From: the human T2T-CHM13v2.0 reference genome, Homo sapiens
DNA: 64,000 bases
Strand: one strand, 5' to 3'
Assembly (NCBI RefSeq): GCF_009914755.1
Contig: NC_060925.1
Below the pieces are notes generated by a model. The model worked only from the letters and a program-made list of their open reading frames with translations, was not told where the DNA came from and searched no databases. The number at the start of each line of letters is the position of its first letter. Position 1 is the stretch's first letter. A program made the translations under genes and the position numbers. This document shows positions 1 through 14,199 of this stretch, piece after piece.

Positions 1-282
1 GGTGAGGTGGTAATAATGGGCATATGTTCTTGTGCTTGTAGAGTTGGGTCATTTTCTCTGGTCCATGAGTGAAAGTGTCTGAGGGCTGACAAAGCCTGCC
101 ATAAGAAAGGGGACTTAGAACATTCAGGGTTGCTCAGGGTAGAAAAATAAATAAATGTCTCCTCCACAGGCAGGCCATGATCATTTCAATATAATAGTGG
201 CAATGCCTTTATCAATCACCTGCTACACCTGTCTAATGCCCTGCTCTATGCCAGTGATAATTAACACCTGGTGTCTACATTA

Positions 283-633
<351 letters not shown>

Positions 634-742
634 CATCTTGAGGACATTTGTTGCATTTATCCTTCAGCAAACAAGGAAATGAAATCAAACTTCTGCAGAG
701 GTGAGGGACACGCCATTGAGTGATGCTTAAAAGCATGAGCTC

Positions 743-1335
<593 letters not shown>

Positions 1336-2419
1336 AGTATACTTCACCAAAAAAGGCAGAGTACAGACTAGCAGGCTCCTTGGCCCATTGTCTAATCACA
1401 GAACAATGTACAGTCTTTAGTTACACAGGGATCCAGCCAGATTATAAACGAGAGCCTTCCTTAAAGTTCTAAAACACTTGGATCCACTTGAATCATGTCA
1501 GCAGGTGTTAAGAGAGCCAGAGAGGTGTGTTACATGCAAGTAATTTGATTTTCACACTCTTCCCTCTTCCTGTTGGGAACCCGTCTCAAAGCCTAGAAGT
1601 CTAGAATATCTGCTTTGGTGATCTTGCCCTGGCTGCAATTACACTTTATTTACTATCAGGCCCAAGCTGGTTCTCCTGAAGGAGGTGTGGCCTCAGTTAA
1701 ATGGCACAGTCAGCTTTGTTTTCTGTTAGTCTGTTTCTTCCTGGAGTTTGAGTAGAATGGGGTGATGGCGGGTGAAGGGAGGGGCGTGCCTCCCTCTCTA
1801 ATGCTCTGGATCTTTTGCCAGCTTAATGGGTTTTGCCAAATGAGTTCCCAGCAAGGAAATCCAGGGCTTGAGTGGAACATGGTATTGGAGATTTGTCAGA
1901 GTGGCACGCTTCGGTGAGTCTCTCTCCATGATAAAGAGAAGAATTAATTAGAGTCATAAATTATGGATTACTAATCACTGTACATTGTAAGGAAAAAATA
2001 CGCAGCTAGGTGTGGTATTTTAAGGGCCAAATGCATGTTTGCATACTTAGCACAGCTCCTCTGGGGCTTCTTGCCTTCCTCTCTTCCCCTCTCTCGGGGT
2101 GTCTAACCCAAATGACATCCCAGAGCCTTTATTGGCTTATCCACTAGAAAACCAAATGTGCCTTAGCTTTAGAAGCCTCAAGGAGTAAATATTGTTAGAA
2201 GGTGCTGGAATCAGCAAGCAGATTGGGTGCTACCTTTTGGACTGAGGCCGTAGCTAAAGAGAGAGATGTAATTTTGTTACATATTTAAACAGCAACCTTT
2301 GAGTGTCATCAAGCCATGGAGATAGGCCTCCCACTGCCACCACCTACCTCCCTCAAAAGTAAAATTATTTGTTTTGATACTAGGCAAAAGACAAATTTCA
2401 AAATGAAATTTCTAATATC

Positions 2420-2710
2420 ATAGAATGTTAAGCAGCTATTAAAATGATATTTACATAGAGTTTTTAATGATATGGAAAAAATCTTATAACCTTAAGCACA
2501 AAAAGCGGAATAGAAAATCGCATTAATATACAGAATGATCTTAATAAGGTTTTAAAAGCATGAGGCAAACGTTTGAAAGAAATAAGCCAAAATTTCTGGA
2601 TGATGGAATTAGAAATGCTTTTTCATGCTCTTTTTAAAATATATGCATTTTCCAAATTTTTAAAACATGAGCACATATTACATTAAAAAGTAATGTGAAA
2701 GTATGAAAAG
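2420..2710 (+). mobile_element. old L1ME-type 3' UTR fragment
   Basis: 'gcagctattaaaatgat...tttttaatgatatggaaaaa' resembles L1ME 3' ends. Confidence 0.5.
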
Positions 2711-2805
2711 TTATTTTAAAAACCTCCAAATCAGCAAGTTGATCAAGGACCGTTCATCCATCCCCAAATGGTGGCCTTTAAGAATGTTTAGGGCACAGGC
2801 AATGA

Positions 2806-3139
<334 letters not shown>

Positions 3140-3491
3140 TTGACACTTCTATGAGTGCATTTTCTTTTTTGTTTCTGCCCTTGGGAGTGTTCTGGCTCTC
3201 CGGGGACCCATGGCAGTATATCTAGCTTAGAATCGGTGATTAGTAAGTGTTTTTGAAAAGATTATCCCGACAACAAGGTGAAGAGTGTATCAGAGAGGTG
3301 CCAGAGTCGGAAGCCTAATACAAGGTGTATGGGCAAGAAATAACGGTAGCGTGGACCAGTATGGAGGGAACGAAGACGAGAGATAAGTGAACAGATTTGA
3401 GAGATAATCGGGAGCCTAAATCAATAGGTCTTAATAATGGATTTCAGTTGGGAAATCAGTAAGAGAGGTAGTTGTCAAGAGTGATGCCTCT

Positions 3492-3757
3492 GTTCTCACT
3501 TAGAAGTGGGAACTAAATATTGGGTACACATGGTCATAAAAATGGAAGCAATAGATACTGGGGAATACAAGAGGGAAGAGGGAGAAAGGGGGAGAAAGTT
3601 TGAAAAAAACTACCTGTTGGGTACTATGTGTACTACCTGGGTGATGGATTTATTTGTACTCTAAACCTCAGCACCGCACAACATACCTTTGTAACAAACC
3701 TGCACATGTACCCCCTGAATCTATTAATAAAATGAAAGTCGAGAAAAGAAAAAAAAG
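3492..3757 (+). mobile_element. 5'-truncated L1PB/L1MA-type 3' end
   Basis: L1 3'UTR ('gtaacaaacctgcacatgtacccc'), A-tail, 14-bp TSD agagtgatgcctct at 3478-3491 and 3758-3771. Confidence 0.9.
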
Positions 3758-3878
3758 AGAGTGATGCCTCTTTTCCTGGCTGTGTAATAAATGGCATAGT
3801 GAGTAATTCACTAAAAACAGCAAAACTAAAATATGATCTGGTTGTTTATGGGGAGAAAAGAATATCAACTATCTTTTA

Positions 3879-4336
3879 TTGTATAAGTTTGTCTCACACT
3901 TAATGGTGTAAAATAACAAATATCTGTATCTCAATTTCTGAGTATCAGGTTGTGTGGCTCTGGCTCAGGGTGTCCCATTAGGTTGTAATCAAGATGTTGG
4001 TCAGAGTTGCATTCACCTGAAGACTTGACTGGGACTAGAGAATCTGTTTCCAAACTTTCTCATGTGGCTGTTGGCTGGAGGCCTTCCTTCCTTATCACAT
4101 GGGCTTCTTAAGGGAACACTGCATCTGGCTTCCCCAGAGTGAGTGATCCAAGAGAGAAGCCACAAGAAATGAAATGCTTCTCATGACCTAGTCCCCAAAT
4201 TCATACACTGTCATTTCTGCTTTTATTCTATTCATTAGAAGTGAGTTACTAAGTCCAACCCACACCCAGGGTGGAATTAGGCCCCACCTTTTGAAAGGCA
4301 GGTCGATTAAACTGTGGATATAGTTTTAACCACTAT
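3879..4336 (-). mobile_element. MLT1 (G/H-like) MaLR solo LTR
   Basis: 'tggctcagggtgtcccattaggttgtaatcaagatgttgg', 'gtgagttactaagtccaacccacac'. Confidence 0.75.
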
Positions 4337-5521
4337 GGGATGGGGATGCCAGATCATGAGCTTAGTTTTTTACTTGCTAAGGTTGAGGGTCCATTACGAA
4401 ATGCAAATCTCAAGTATACATTCATATGGAGCCCAGTTAAGAAACTGGGTCTTGAGACAGAAGATTGCAAGTCTTGCAGATTTACATGGTAATGGAAGAT
4501 CTGAGCATCAATAAGATTACTTAAGTACAATGTAAGAGAGTAAGATAAGAAAAAAAGATGAATGGTTAAGGAATGCTAACACTTAATATCTGGTTAGAGA
4601 ATGAATTTTCCAAGGAGATAGAGAAGGAAAAACCAGGAGAGTGTTGTATCATGGAAGCCAAGCAAACAGGACTATGAACCGGAGGTGATAAGGAGCTAAT
4701 TTGGTGAAACATGAGGCTGGAGGACAAGGTGGAATAGGTTGATTGTCTAAAAGTAGGCACTCATTACATATTATTTTAAATTTTTATTTTGAACTAAATT
4801 TATACTTACAAAGTATTTACCAAATAATACAGATTGTCTGTATGTATTCCTCATGAAGCTTCTCATGTTAACCACTTACATAATTATGGGATAATTATCA
4901 ATTCCATAAAGTTAACCTTGAAATAAAGCTATTAACTAAACTTTAGGCTTTGTAAAAATTTTACCAGTTTTTCCATTATCTTTTTTCTGTTGCAAGATTC
5001 AAATTTTTTTAGTTGTGCTTCCTTAGTCTCCTCTAATCTATGACACTTCCTCAGTCTTTCCTTATTTTTCATGAACTTGACACTTTTGAACAGTACTGCT
5101 GAGGTATTTTATAGACTCTATCTCAGTGTGGATTTATCTGATGGTTTGTCAGGATTTGAATAAGATCATGCTTTTCTGGCAAGAATACCATGGAAAGACG
5201 TGTATTTCTCAAGGGCGCCGTTACATCGATATATCTTGTAACTGATGATGTTAACCTTGATCACTTGGTTACTGTGGTGTCTGTTGGTTTGTCCTCTGTA
5301 ATGTTACATTTTTCCCTTTGTAATTAATAAATATCTGTGGACACACTTTGAGGCTATGCAAATATCCTGTTTCTTCTCAAATTTTCTCCTACAATTTTCA
5401 ACATCCATCAGTGGATCTTGCTTGCAAAAATCATTACTTTGGTGTGTGCCTGATGGTGCTTTTTTTCTATTTTCCTCTTTCCCTCTACTTTTATCATTGG
5501 ATTCTTTCTGTAAGAAAGAGC

Positions 5522-5809
<288 letters not shown>

Positions 5810-6139
5810 TTATTTATTCACCTATTTATATCTGTATGACTCATGGATATTTATTATGTAGGTTAGAATCCAGACTGCCATTATTTTTAGGCTCATATAT
5901 TAATATTTCCAATCTTAGCTATTAGGAGATATTTTAGATCCTTTTTTTTTAACACTTCCTTACTTCCTTACTATGTGACAACATAAGATGCTACAAGCAC
6001 ATCTTGTTTTTTCCTGTCTCAGATTTCATATCAACCATTTCTCCGATAATGGTGTTTAGAAACCAAAATCTGGACACTGAGTATGCTCATTGCAACTGGT
6101 GTGTCATTACTTTTAGACACGTCAGCGGACATAGCAAGG

Positions 6140-6345
6140 AAACACATGTATATATGCTAACCCATGTATACACATACATCTGTATTTTTGTTCTCTTTGT
6201 GTGTGTGTGTATATATACACACACATATATACATTCATATTCATATATATGTGCATGAGCACATGTATATATGGTGTATGTGAGTTGGAATACACACACA
6301 TGCACACACACACATATATATGTATTGTGTGTGTGTGTACATAAA
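6140..6345. repeat. degenerate (TA/TG/CA)n low-complexity tract
   Basis: Alternating purine-pyrimidine runs. Confidence 0.9.
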
Positions 6346-7064
6346 CCATAGGTGTATACTGATACCACTCAGTTCATTCTGACTCCACAGAATTCATTTT
6401 AGAATGAATTCTTTATTTGTAGTTTCACTCCGATGGCAAGAAAGCTAGCACTTATTTGTACAATATATTTACATATTTGGTTGATACTGGTATACAGAAA
6501 AAGTATATTAACACACTCCTGTGAAAAACAAATTAAATGACTAGATTTAGCTCGTGTTCAGTTCTTTTTGCCTGTAGCCTTATTGAAGTATCCAATCAAG
6601 ATGTTTTCCAAAGTTACTTCATTGGTTCTTTTCTTCTCTCTCCCCTTCAGTCTGGTTATGTTATTCATCTGCTATAGAGTTAAGTTCATTTGTTACTTTT
6701 TCTATTCTGTGTTGGGTCTCCCATCCAAATTCTGATTGGTTTCTTTATTTTGGTGGGATTCAAAGGGTGTGTAAAACCTTATTGTGATTTCAAGAGCCAG
6801 AAGCTGTACTCAGAGAAGGAACCTCCTTCATCATTCCTGCAAAGCACTCCGACTCTCACCTTCATTTCACTCCTTTCCCACAGACCTCCCACTCCAGAAA
6901 GTAACCAATTTCCTTAATTTGTGGTTTATCTTTTATTCATTTTTCGTACAAAGGAGAAGATATATGTGCATTTTCTTATAGTCTTTCTTACAAGAAGGAT
7001 AGTATACCATAGATACTATTTTGCTCTTTGCTTTTTCATTAACAGCATATTCTGGAAATCACTT

Positions 7065-7182
7065 TATATCAGTTCATAGATATTTTTCTATGAACTGATA
7101 TAGATGCTATGAATCTATATCAGTTCATAGATATTTTTCTATGAACTGATATAGATCCTATGAATCTATATCAGTTCATAGA
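7065..7182. repeat. tandem palindromic repeat, 51-bp period
   Basis: tatatcagttcataga at 7065, 7116 and 7167 alternates with its reverse complement at 7087 and 7138. Confidence 0.95.
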
Positions 7183-7842
7183 TTGTTTTTCTTAATGGCT
7201 GTGTAGGACTCCATTGTGTGGATGTAGCATAGTTTATACAATGGGTATAAATGAGTGAATAAAATTTCAGAGGGTACTTGGGTCATTTTCAATATTTTGC
7301 AATTACAAACAAGCTACAACGAATAACCTTGTACATATGAATTTTTATATTATTAGATGTAAATATTCAGAACAGATTCCTAGCTGTGGGGTATGGGTCA
7401 AAACTAAGTACATACATAGTTCTATTAGGTATTGATGAATTGTACTCCAGAGTGCTTGTTTCCTCACAGCCTCACTAGCACATTGTGTTGTCATATTTTT
7501 AAATGTTTTTTAATTTGATAGGTGAGAAATAGCATCTCAGAGCTATTTTAATTAGTATATCACTCATTATAAGCAATCTTGAACATTTTTCGATTATTTG
7601 AGGACATTTTTATGAATTGTTTGTTTATATTCTTTTTACATTTAAATTTTATATTTATAAACTATCATGTTTTGGGTCCCTTTGTCCTCAATTTTAAAAT
7701 TTCTTCATTTTATTGGAGATATTAACTCTTTGCCTGTGGTATGTGTATGTTGTGAATATTTTTGCCCAAGCTGTCAGTTTGTGATATTTTTCATGATGAA
7801 ACTTTTTTTCTAATTTTAGGTAGTCAGATGTACTATTCCTTC

Positions 7843-10136
7843 TGATATGGTTTGGCTGTGTCCCCACTGAAATCTCATCTTGAATTGTAACTCCCACAAT
7901 TCCCACATGCCATGGGAGGAATCTAGTGAAAGGTGATTGAATTATGGGGGCAGGCCTTTCCTGCACTGTTCTTGTGATAGTGAAATGAGTCTCATGAGAT
8001 CTGATGGTTTTAAAAATGGGAGTTTCCCTACACAAGCGCTCTCTTTTTGCCTGCCGCCTTCCACGTAAGATGTGACTTGCTCCTCCTTGCCTTCTGCCAT
8101 GATTGTGAGGCCTCCTCAGCCATGTGGTATTGCAAGTCCATTAAACCTCTTTCTTGTGTAAATTGGCCAGTCTTGGGTATGTCTTTATCAGCAGTGTGAA
8201 AATGGACTAATCCAATCAATTGGTACCAGTAGAGTGGGGCGCTGCTGAAAAGATACCCAAAAGCGTGGAAGCACCTTTTGAACTGGGCAACCAGCAGAGG
8301 TTGGAGCAGTTTGCGGGGCTCAGAAGAAGATAGGAAAATGTGGGAAATTTTGGAACTCCCTAGAGTCTTGTTGAATGGCTTTGACCAAAATGCTGATAAT
8401 GATATGGACAATGAAATCCAGGCTGAGGTGGTCTCAGATGGAGATAAGGAACTTGTTGGGAATGGAACAAAGGTGACTTTTGTCATGTTTTAGCAAAGAG
8501 ACTGGCAGCATTTTGCCCCCATCCTAGAGATTTGTGGAACTTTGAACTTGAGAGAGATGCTTTAGTGTATCTGGTGGAAGAAATGTCTAAGCAGCAAAGT
8601 ATTCAAGAGGTGACTTGGGTGCTGTTAAAGGCATTCAGTTTTAAAATGGAAACAGAGCATAAAAGTTCAGAAAATTTGCAGCCTGACAATGCTACAGAAA
8701 AGAAAATCCCATTTTCTGAGGATAAATCCAAGTTGGCTGCAAAAATTTGCATAAGTAATGAGAAGCTGAATGTTAATCACCAAGACAATGGGGAAAATGT
8801 CTCCAGGGCATATCAGAGACATTTGCAGTAGCCCCTCCCATCACAAGCCTGGAGGTTTAGGAGGAAATAATGGTTTTGTGGGTTAGGCCCAGGGTCCTTC
8901 TGTTGTGTGCAGTCTAGGGACTTGGTGCCCTGCATCCCAGCAGCTCCAGGCATGACTAAAAGGGACCAAGGTACAGCTAGGGCTGTTGCTTCAAAGGGTG
9001 GAAGGCTCAAATCTTGGCAGCTTCCATGTGCTGTTGCGCCTGTGAGTGCCCAGAAGTCAAGAATTGAGGTTTCGGAACCTCTTCCTAGATTTCAAAGGAT
9101 GTATGGAAATACCTGAATGCCCAGGCAGAAGTTTGCTATGGGGATGGGGCCCTTATGGAGAGCCTCTGCTAGGGCAATGTAGAAGGGAAGTGTGGGGTCA
9201 GAAACTCCACACAGTGTCCTTACTGGGGCACCATCTAGTGGAGCTGTGAGAAGAGGACCACCACTCTCCAGACCCCAGAATGGTAGATTCACTGACAGCT
9301 TCCACAGTGTACCTGGAAAAACCACAGACACTTAACACCAGCCAGTGAAAGCAGCCAGAAGAGGGCTATAACCTGCAAAGCCACAGGGGTGGAGCTGCCC
9401 AAGACTGTGGCAGCCCATCTGTTGCATCAGTGTACTCTGCATGTGAGATATGGAGTCAAAGGAGATCATTTTGGAACTTTAAGATTTTGGACTTGCATGG
9501 GGCCTGTAGCCCCTTTGTTTTGACCAATTTCTCCCATTTGGAATGGCTGTATTTACCCAATGCCTGTACCCCCATTGTTTCTAGGAAGTAAGTAATTTGC
9601 TTTTGATTTTACAGGCTTATAGGCAGAAAAGACTTGCCTTGTCTCAGATGAGATTTTGGACTATGGACTTTTGAGTTAATGCTGAAATGAGTTAAAACTT
9701 TGGGGGAAGTCATGATTGGTTTTGAAATGGGAGGACATGAGATTTGGGAGGGGCCAGGGGCAGAATGACATGGTTTGGCTGTGTCCCCACCCAAATCTCA
9801 TCTTGAATTGTAATTCCCACAATTCCCATGTGTCATGGGAGGGACCTAGTGGGAAGTGATTGAATTCTGGGGGTGGGCCTTTCCTGTGCTGTTCTTGTGA
9901 TAGTGAATGAATCTCATGAGATCTGATGGGTTTAAAAACAAGAGTTTCCCTGGACAACCTCTCACTTTTTGCCTGCAGCCATCCATGGTAAGATGTGACT
10001 TGCTCCTCCTTGCCTTCCACCATGATTGTAAGGCTTCCCAGCCATGTGGAACTGCAAGTCCATTAAGCCTCTTTCTTTTGTAAATTGCCTAGTCTCAGGT
10101 ATGTCTTTATCAGCAGCATGAAAATGGACTAATGCA
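7843..10136 (+). mobile_element. full-length THE1C MaLR provirus (5'LTR 7843-8214, internal 8215-9765, 3'LTR 9766-10136)
   Basis: Two ~370-bp direct LTRs (tg...ca), THE1-int between them, purine tract before 3'LTR, perfect 5-bp TSD ccttc. Confidence 0.95.
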
Positions 10137-10619
10137 CCTTCCTTTTGTTACCTCTGAAATTTTATTCACTCATTACATATTTATTGACTTAAATTATGCC
10201 CCTTTTCCCAATCCAAACTAAATTCAGGCACTAAACATGTTTAATCATCCAAGGAAGTAATAACCTGTATTTAGTTCTTGAAATCCCTCTCCTACTCAAA
10301 CAAAAACAAATTAGAATTATCCTGGGTAGTCTCTGAGCAAGTTTATTAGGTTGCTAACTTTCACCCAACCATTTCTCATTTGCTAACTAACCTTGGATTT
10401 CTGCTTGAATAGATTTCTTGGCTCTGTTTAATATGTTATGTTATTTGTGACTCCAAAATATTCTGTCTCCTGGAAGAACAGAAATCCCTTAGCAGTTAAC
10501 TGCCACCTACCACCTACCTAAGAGTTAGCAAAACAAATGCTTAACACTGATTATAGTCAATAGATTCCATATATGTATATAAGCACATGTTTTACAGAAA
10601 ACCATAGTGTCAGCAATAA

Positions 10620-11075
10620 TCATTGAATTTCAGCATGACTAGTTTCCTGCTTAAAAATAAGCTCTGTGCCAGGTACTGTGGGTTCTATCAGAGAATTATA
10701 ACATACAGCCCCTGCCCTTGTGGAACTCACAGTCTTCCTAAAAAGCTAAAATAAACACACATGAGAGAAGTAGATTACAACAGAAAGTTGTCTATAATCA
10801 AGAGCTTGCCTCTAGAATCCAGAATGCTGGCTCTAGTACAATAGTCATTATTTCAAAAAAGAGAGAAATCACTGAGGGCTGGTCATGCAGTGAATCTTGA
10901 GCTAAGCCTTGAGAAATGGTAGGATTTAGATAGGTGGTGAAAAAGGAAAGTAGGTGGGAAGAGCATCATTCACTCATTTCACCAAATTGTATTGAACTGA
11001 ATACCTATTATGTGCAAAATAGTAAACACTGGCTACAGGTAAAGTACAAAAATGTTACAACTCCTGACCTCTTTA
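10620..11075 (-). mobile_element. L2 fragments
   Basis: 'tgtgccaggtactgtg', 'cattcactcatttcaccaaattgtattgaactgaatacctattatgtgc'. Confidence 0.6.
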
Positions 11076-11539
11076 GAAAGTACACACACACAGACACATT
11101 TTGCAAGATTTCCTCATTATTTTAATGTTTTCAATATATAGTTTGCTGAAATATATAAAACGAGATTTATCCAAGCATAGCCTCTAAAATGTTACAGGTG
11201 GTTTTGTCTCATATATTTGCAAAACCTACAGAATGTTTTAAATGTTTTAGTCTTTAAGAGACCTTCTCAAATCTGTCCACGTCCCCCTTTTCTTTTTTTT
11301 CCTCCCTTAACAATATTATTAAACAGTGAGTAGTATAACCCCTGTTTCACTGGTGAAAGAACTGATATTTATGAAGTCAAAAATTTCTTTAACAGAAGGG
11401 ACAGAGGAGGACCCAGGGCCACAGTGCTGAAGTAACTCATGCTAGTCCACCTTTTCTTGACTGAAGTGACTTTCAAACTAGGGTGAGGCTAGACAGAATA
11501 GATAGAATCTAGACAATTCCCAAGCGCCAGCCCTGGTGT

Positions 11540-11680
11540 GTATTGATAGCAGACCAAGCACGATGCTGGGTTGGTCTTTAACTACCTCTGTGATATGAAC
11601 AAATTCCTCTCCTTTTCTAGAACTCAGTCTCTTCTGAAAAATAAGGGGTTTGGACCAGATATTCTCTAATGCCCCTTGAG
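11540..11680 (+). mobile_element. MIR3/MIRc remnant
   Basis: 'tgtgatatgaacaaattcctctcc...aaaataaggggtttggaccagat'. Confidence 0.5.
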
Positions 11681-13129
11681 TGGTAATCATCTCTGTTTCT
11701 AAGCTCCCAGCCAGCTTGTGCTGCATTCTGCTCTGTTCAGTCATCAGAATGTTCAGAGGTACGGGGTCCAATGCTGGGAAGGCACCTGGGCCAGTTGACC
11801 TCTACAAACACCCTCACCTCCATATTTGCCAGTGAGTCCTCATGAGTATGCTGCACTTACATCACTCCAAGGACCTTTGATGCAGTAACTGAGAGCCTTG
11901 AGCTGCAGAAAAACAGGTAGGAACAGAGTGGAGGAAAGAAGTTGCCTCTGATGGGGGTATCTCAGGTTAAAGGATTTTGTACTCAAGTAGCAAGAAATGT
12001 GATAAAAAGAATCACTGGGAAAAGTGAAGTCTCCTAGCCCCTGTTCTGAGCAGCACTGTGAAAAATAAAGTAGAAAAAGCCAAATTTACAGATCATCTAG
12101 GGAAGCTGAAATCCAGCAGTAAGATATTAAACACAAAAGAACTAGAGTTAACCTGAGGCGTTATTGGTTTGGGGAGATGGGCTATTTCCCCAAGGTCCAT
12201 AATTAGAACCAGGAACTTTTGCATGTAATTAAGAGTAAGAGATTGTTTTAACAATCACAGCTGAGCAAGTCTGAAACTTTTTTTTTCCAACTAGCATTTG
12301 GGATTAGGGGTGGTTTGGCTTCTTTTTTCCTTTCTCTCACTTGTGAAATGTGAGAGTTTCCTGACTATTAGGAAATTGAGGCTAATTCTACTTCCACAAG
12401 CATTTTTGTTGCTAATAATAATAGGATATGTTTTGCGTATGTGATGTGAAATCAACAAGGTGCCCTACAGAAGCAAGATGGCCTTTGAGGCACTTTTTCC
12501 CCATCAAGATAAGCTGTCACTGAGCAGCTGATTAATTACTGCAATAATCATAATTTTTAAAAATTAAAAAAAATCTCTTCCCATTCATTAAGTAACTGCA
12601 GATAGGTGCCAGAGGTAATTATTGTCTAGAAGTACTTCCGAATTATCTTTTCTAATCCAGCCATGCTGACATTTTTGAGAGGAAAAAAAGTGTTTAGTCT
12701 TTCCTCTTATGAACAGGATGACATTTGAATATGCAAACAGTGTCAAAGTCTGCCCTGTGGATGTTTTCTGGAGGTATGATTTATGAGGCCAGCCTATTGT
12801 ATTTGCTATCACACTAGGAGAAAGGTCATTAAACAAAGGAGCTCTACCTACTGGGGTCTACAGCTCATCTTGTGATATTTTAATTGTTGCTCTTGTGCTG
12901 ACTTCTAGGCATGCTTCGTGGGGTGAACTGCATGGACACTAATTTGTCTGGGCTTTGCATATATTCTCTCAGATTTGTGGCGTAGTTTGTGCCTACTTTC
13001 AGTCACTCCTGGGATGTAAGTCAGGGATGGTGAGTATAAGGATAGCACATGGAAAATCTAAAAATCTCATCTTAGTTGATGGGTTCAACTTTCCCCCTAA
13101 GGGAAGTAATCATTTCTTAAGTACACAAT

Positions 13130-13500
13130 TGATATGGTTTGACAATGTCCCCACCCAAATCTCACCTTAAACTGTAGTTCCCATAATCCCCATGTGTCAT
13201 GGGAGGAACATGGTGGGAGGTAATTGAATTATAGGGGTGGTTACCTCCATGCTGTTCTCATGATAGTGAGTTCTATGAGATCTGATGGTTTTATAAAGGG
13301 GTTTTCTTCGTTTGGCTTGGCATTTCTCCTTGCTCCTGCCATGTAAAGAAGGAAGTGTTTGCTTCCCCTTCTGCTATAATTGTAAGTTTCCTGAGGCCTC
13401 CCCAGCCAGGCTGAACTGTGAGTCAATTAAACCTCTTTCTTTTATAAATTGCCCAGTCTTGAGTATATCTTTATTAGCAGAGTAAGAATGGATTAATACA
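13130..13500 (+). mobile_element. THE1D solo LTR
   Basis: tgatatggttt...taataca, perfect TSD acaat. Confidence 0.93.
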
Positions 13501-13654
13501 ACAATATATTGGCAGCTCTAAACTTGAGATCATAAAACATCTGAGCTGTTCATTGTCAATTCACCTTCCAAGAGACTGACTAGGTGTGCCCTTCCATAGG
13601 CTCTAAGGTAAATATAACCGAAGTCAATATAACCACATTATAACCGAAATATAA

Positions 13655-14080
13655 CCACAATCTTAGAGTTAGAAAGCTCTCAGATGTCATCTTCCTTCCA
13701 CAATATGACTCTCCTCTCTAACACTCCCAGAGTGGTCATTCAATCTCTGCTTAAATATCCCCAATAATAAAGAATTCACTTCCTAGTCTCCAAGAAGCCC
13801 CATCCATTTTTAGACAGCTCTGAAACTATAATTTTATTTTTTAAAGCACTGAAACTTTTTAATGTAAGTTTTGCCAGTTTCATCCTAGCTACATCCTCTA
13901 AAACAATGTAGAATCTTTCTCCCATATTTCAAATAAAGCTCAAAATAATTTATTCCATAAATCTATTCGGCACTCAGCTAAACATTTTCTCAGCTGAGAA
14001 TGGTTTTGCATCCTTTCCTAATTTGTTAGAATAACACTTAACTTTTTTTAAAAACCACTACAGTGGACATAATGAATTGT
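13655..14080 (-). mobile_element. L3/CR1 fragment
   Basis: 'ggtcattcaatctctgcttaaatatcccc...ccatccatttttagacagctct' is typical of antisense L3. Confidence 0.6.
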
Positions 14081-14199
14081 GGTAACATAGAGGTTCTGGT
14101 GTTACATATACTTTCTAATCTCCTAGACACAACTTGACCTCTTTATCTCCCACTAGAGAGGTTTATTGGAAAGGGAAAAATGTAGCATTATTAAAACCT

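Larger units (their letters stand above)
3210..4745 (-). mobile_element. fragmented L2 hosting L1 and MLT1 insertions
   Basis: L2-like phrases such as 'gagaaggaaaaaccaggagagtgttgtatcatggaagccaag'. Confidence 0.6.

Noticed and set aside
7065-7182. CRISPR-like look of regularly spaced palindromic repeats
   Set aside because: The 'spacers' are themselves repeated, no cas genes, primate DNA
8278-9116. THE1-int ORF pieces (71, 99, 69 aa)
   Set aside because: Stop-interrupted remnants of the MaLR internal ORF
11780-12300. Possible ancient Gypsy/ERV-type LTR
   Set aside because: Similarity too weak to assign by eye
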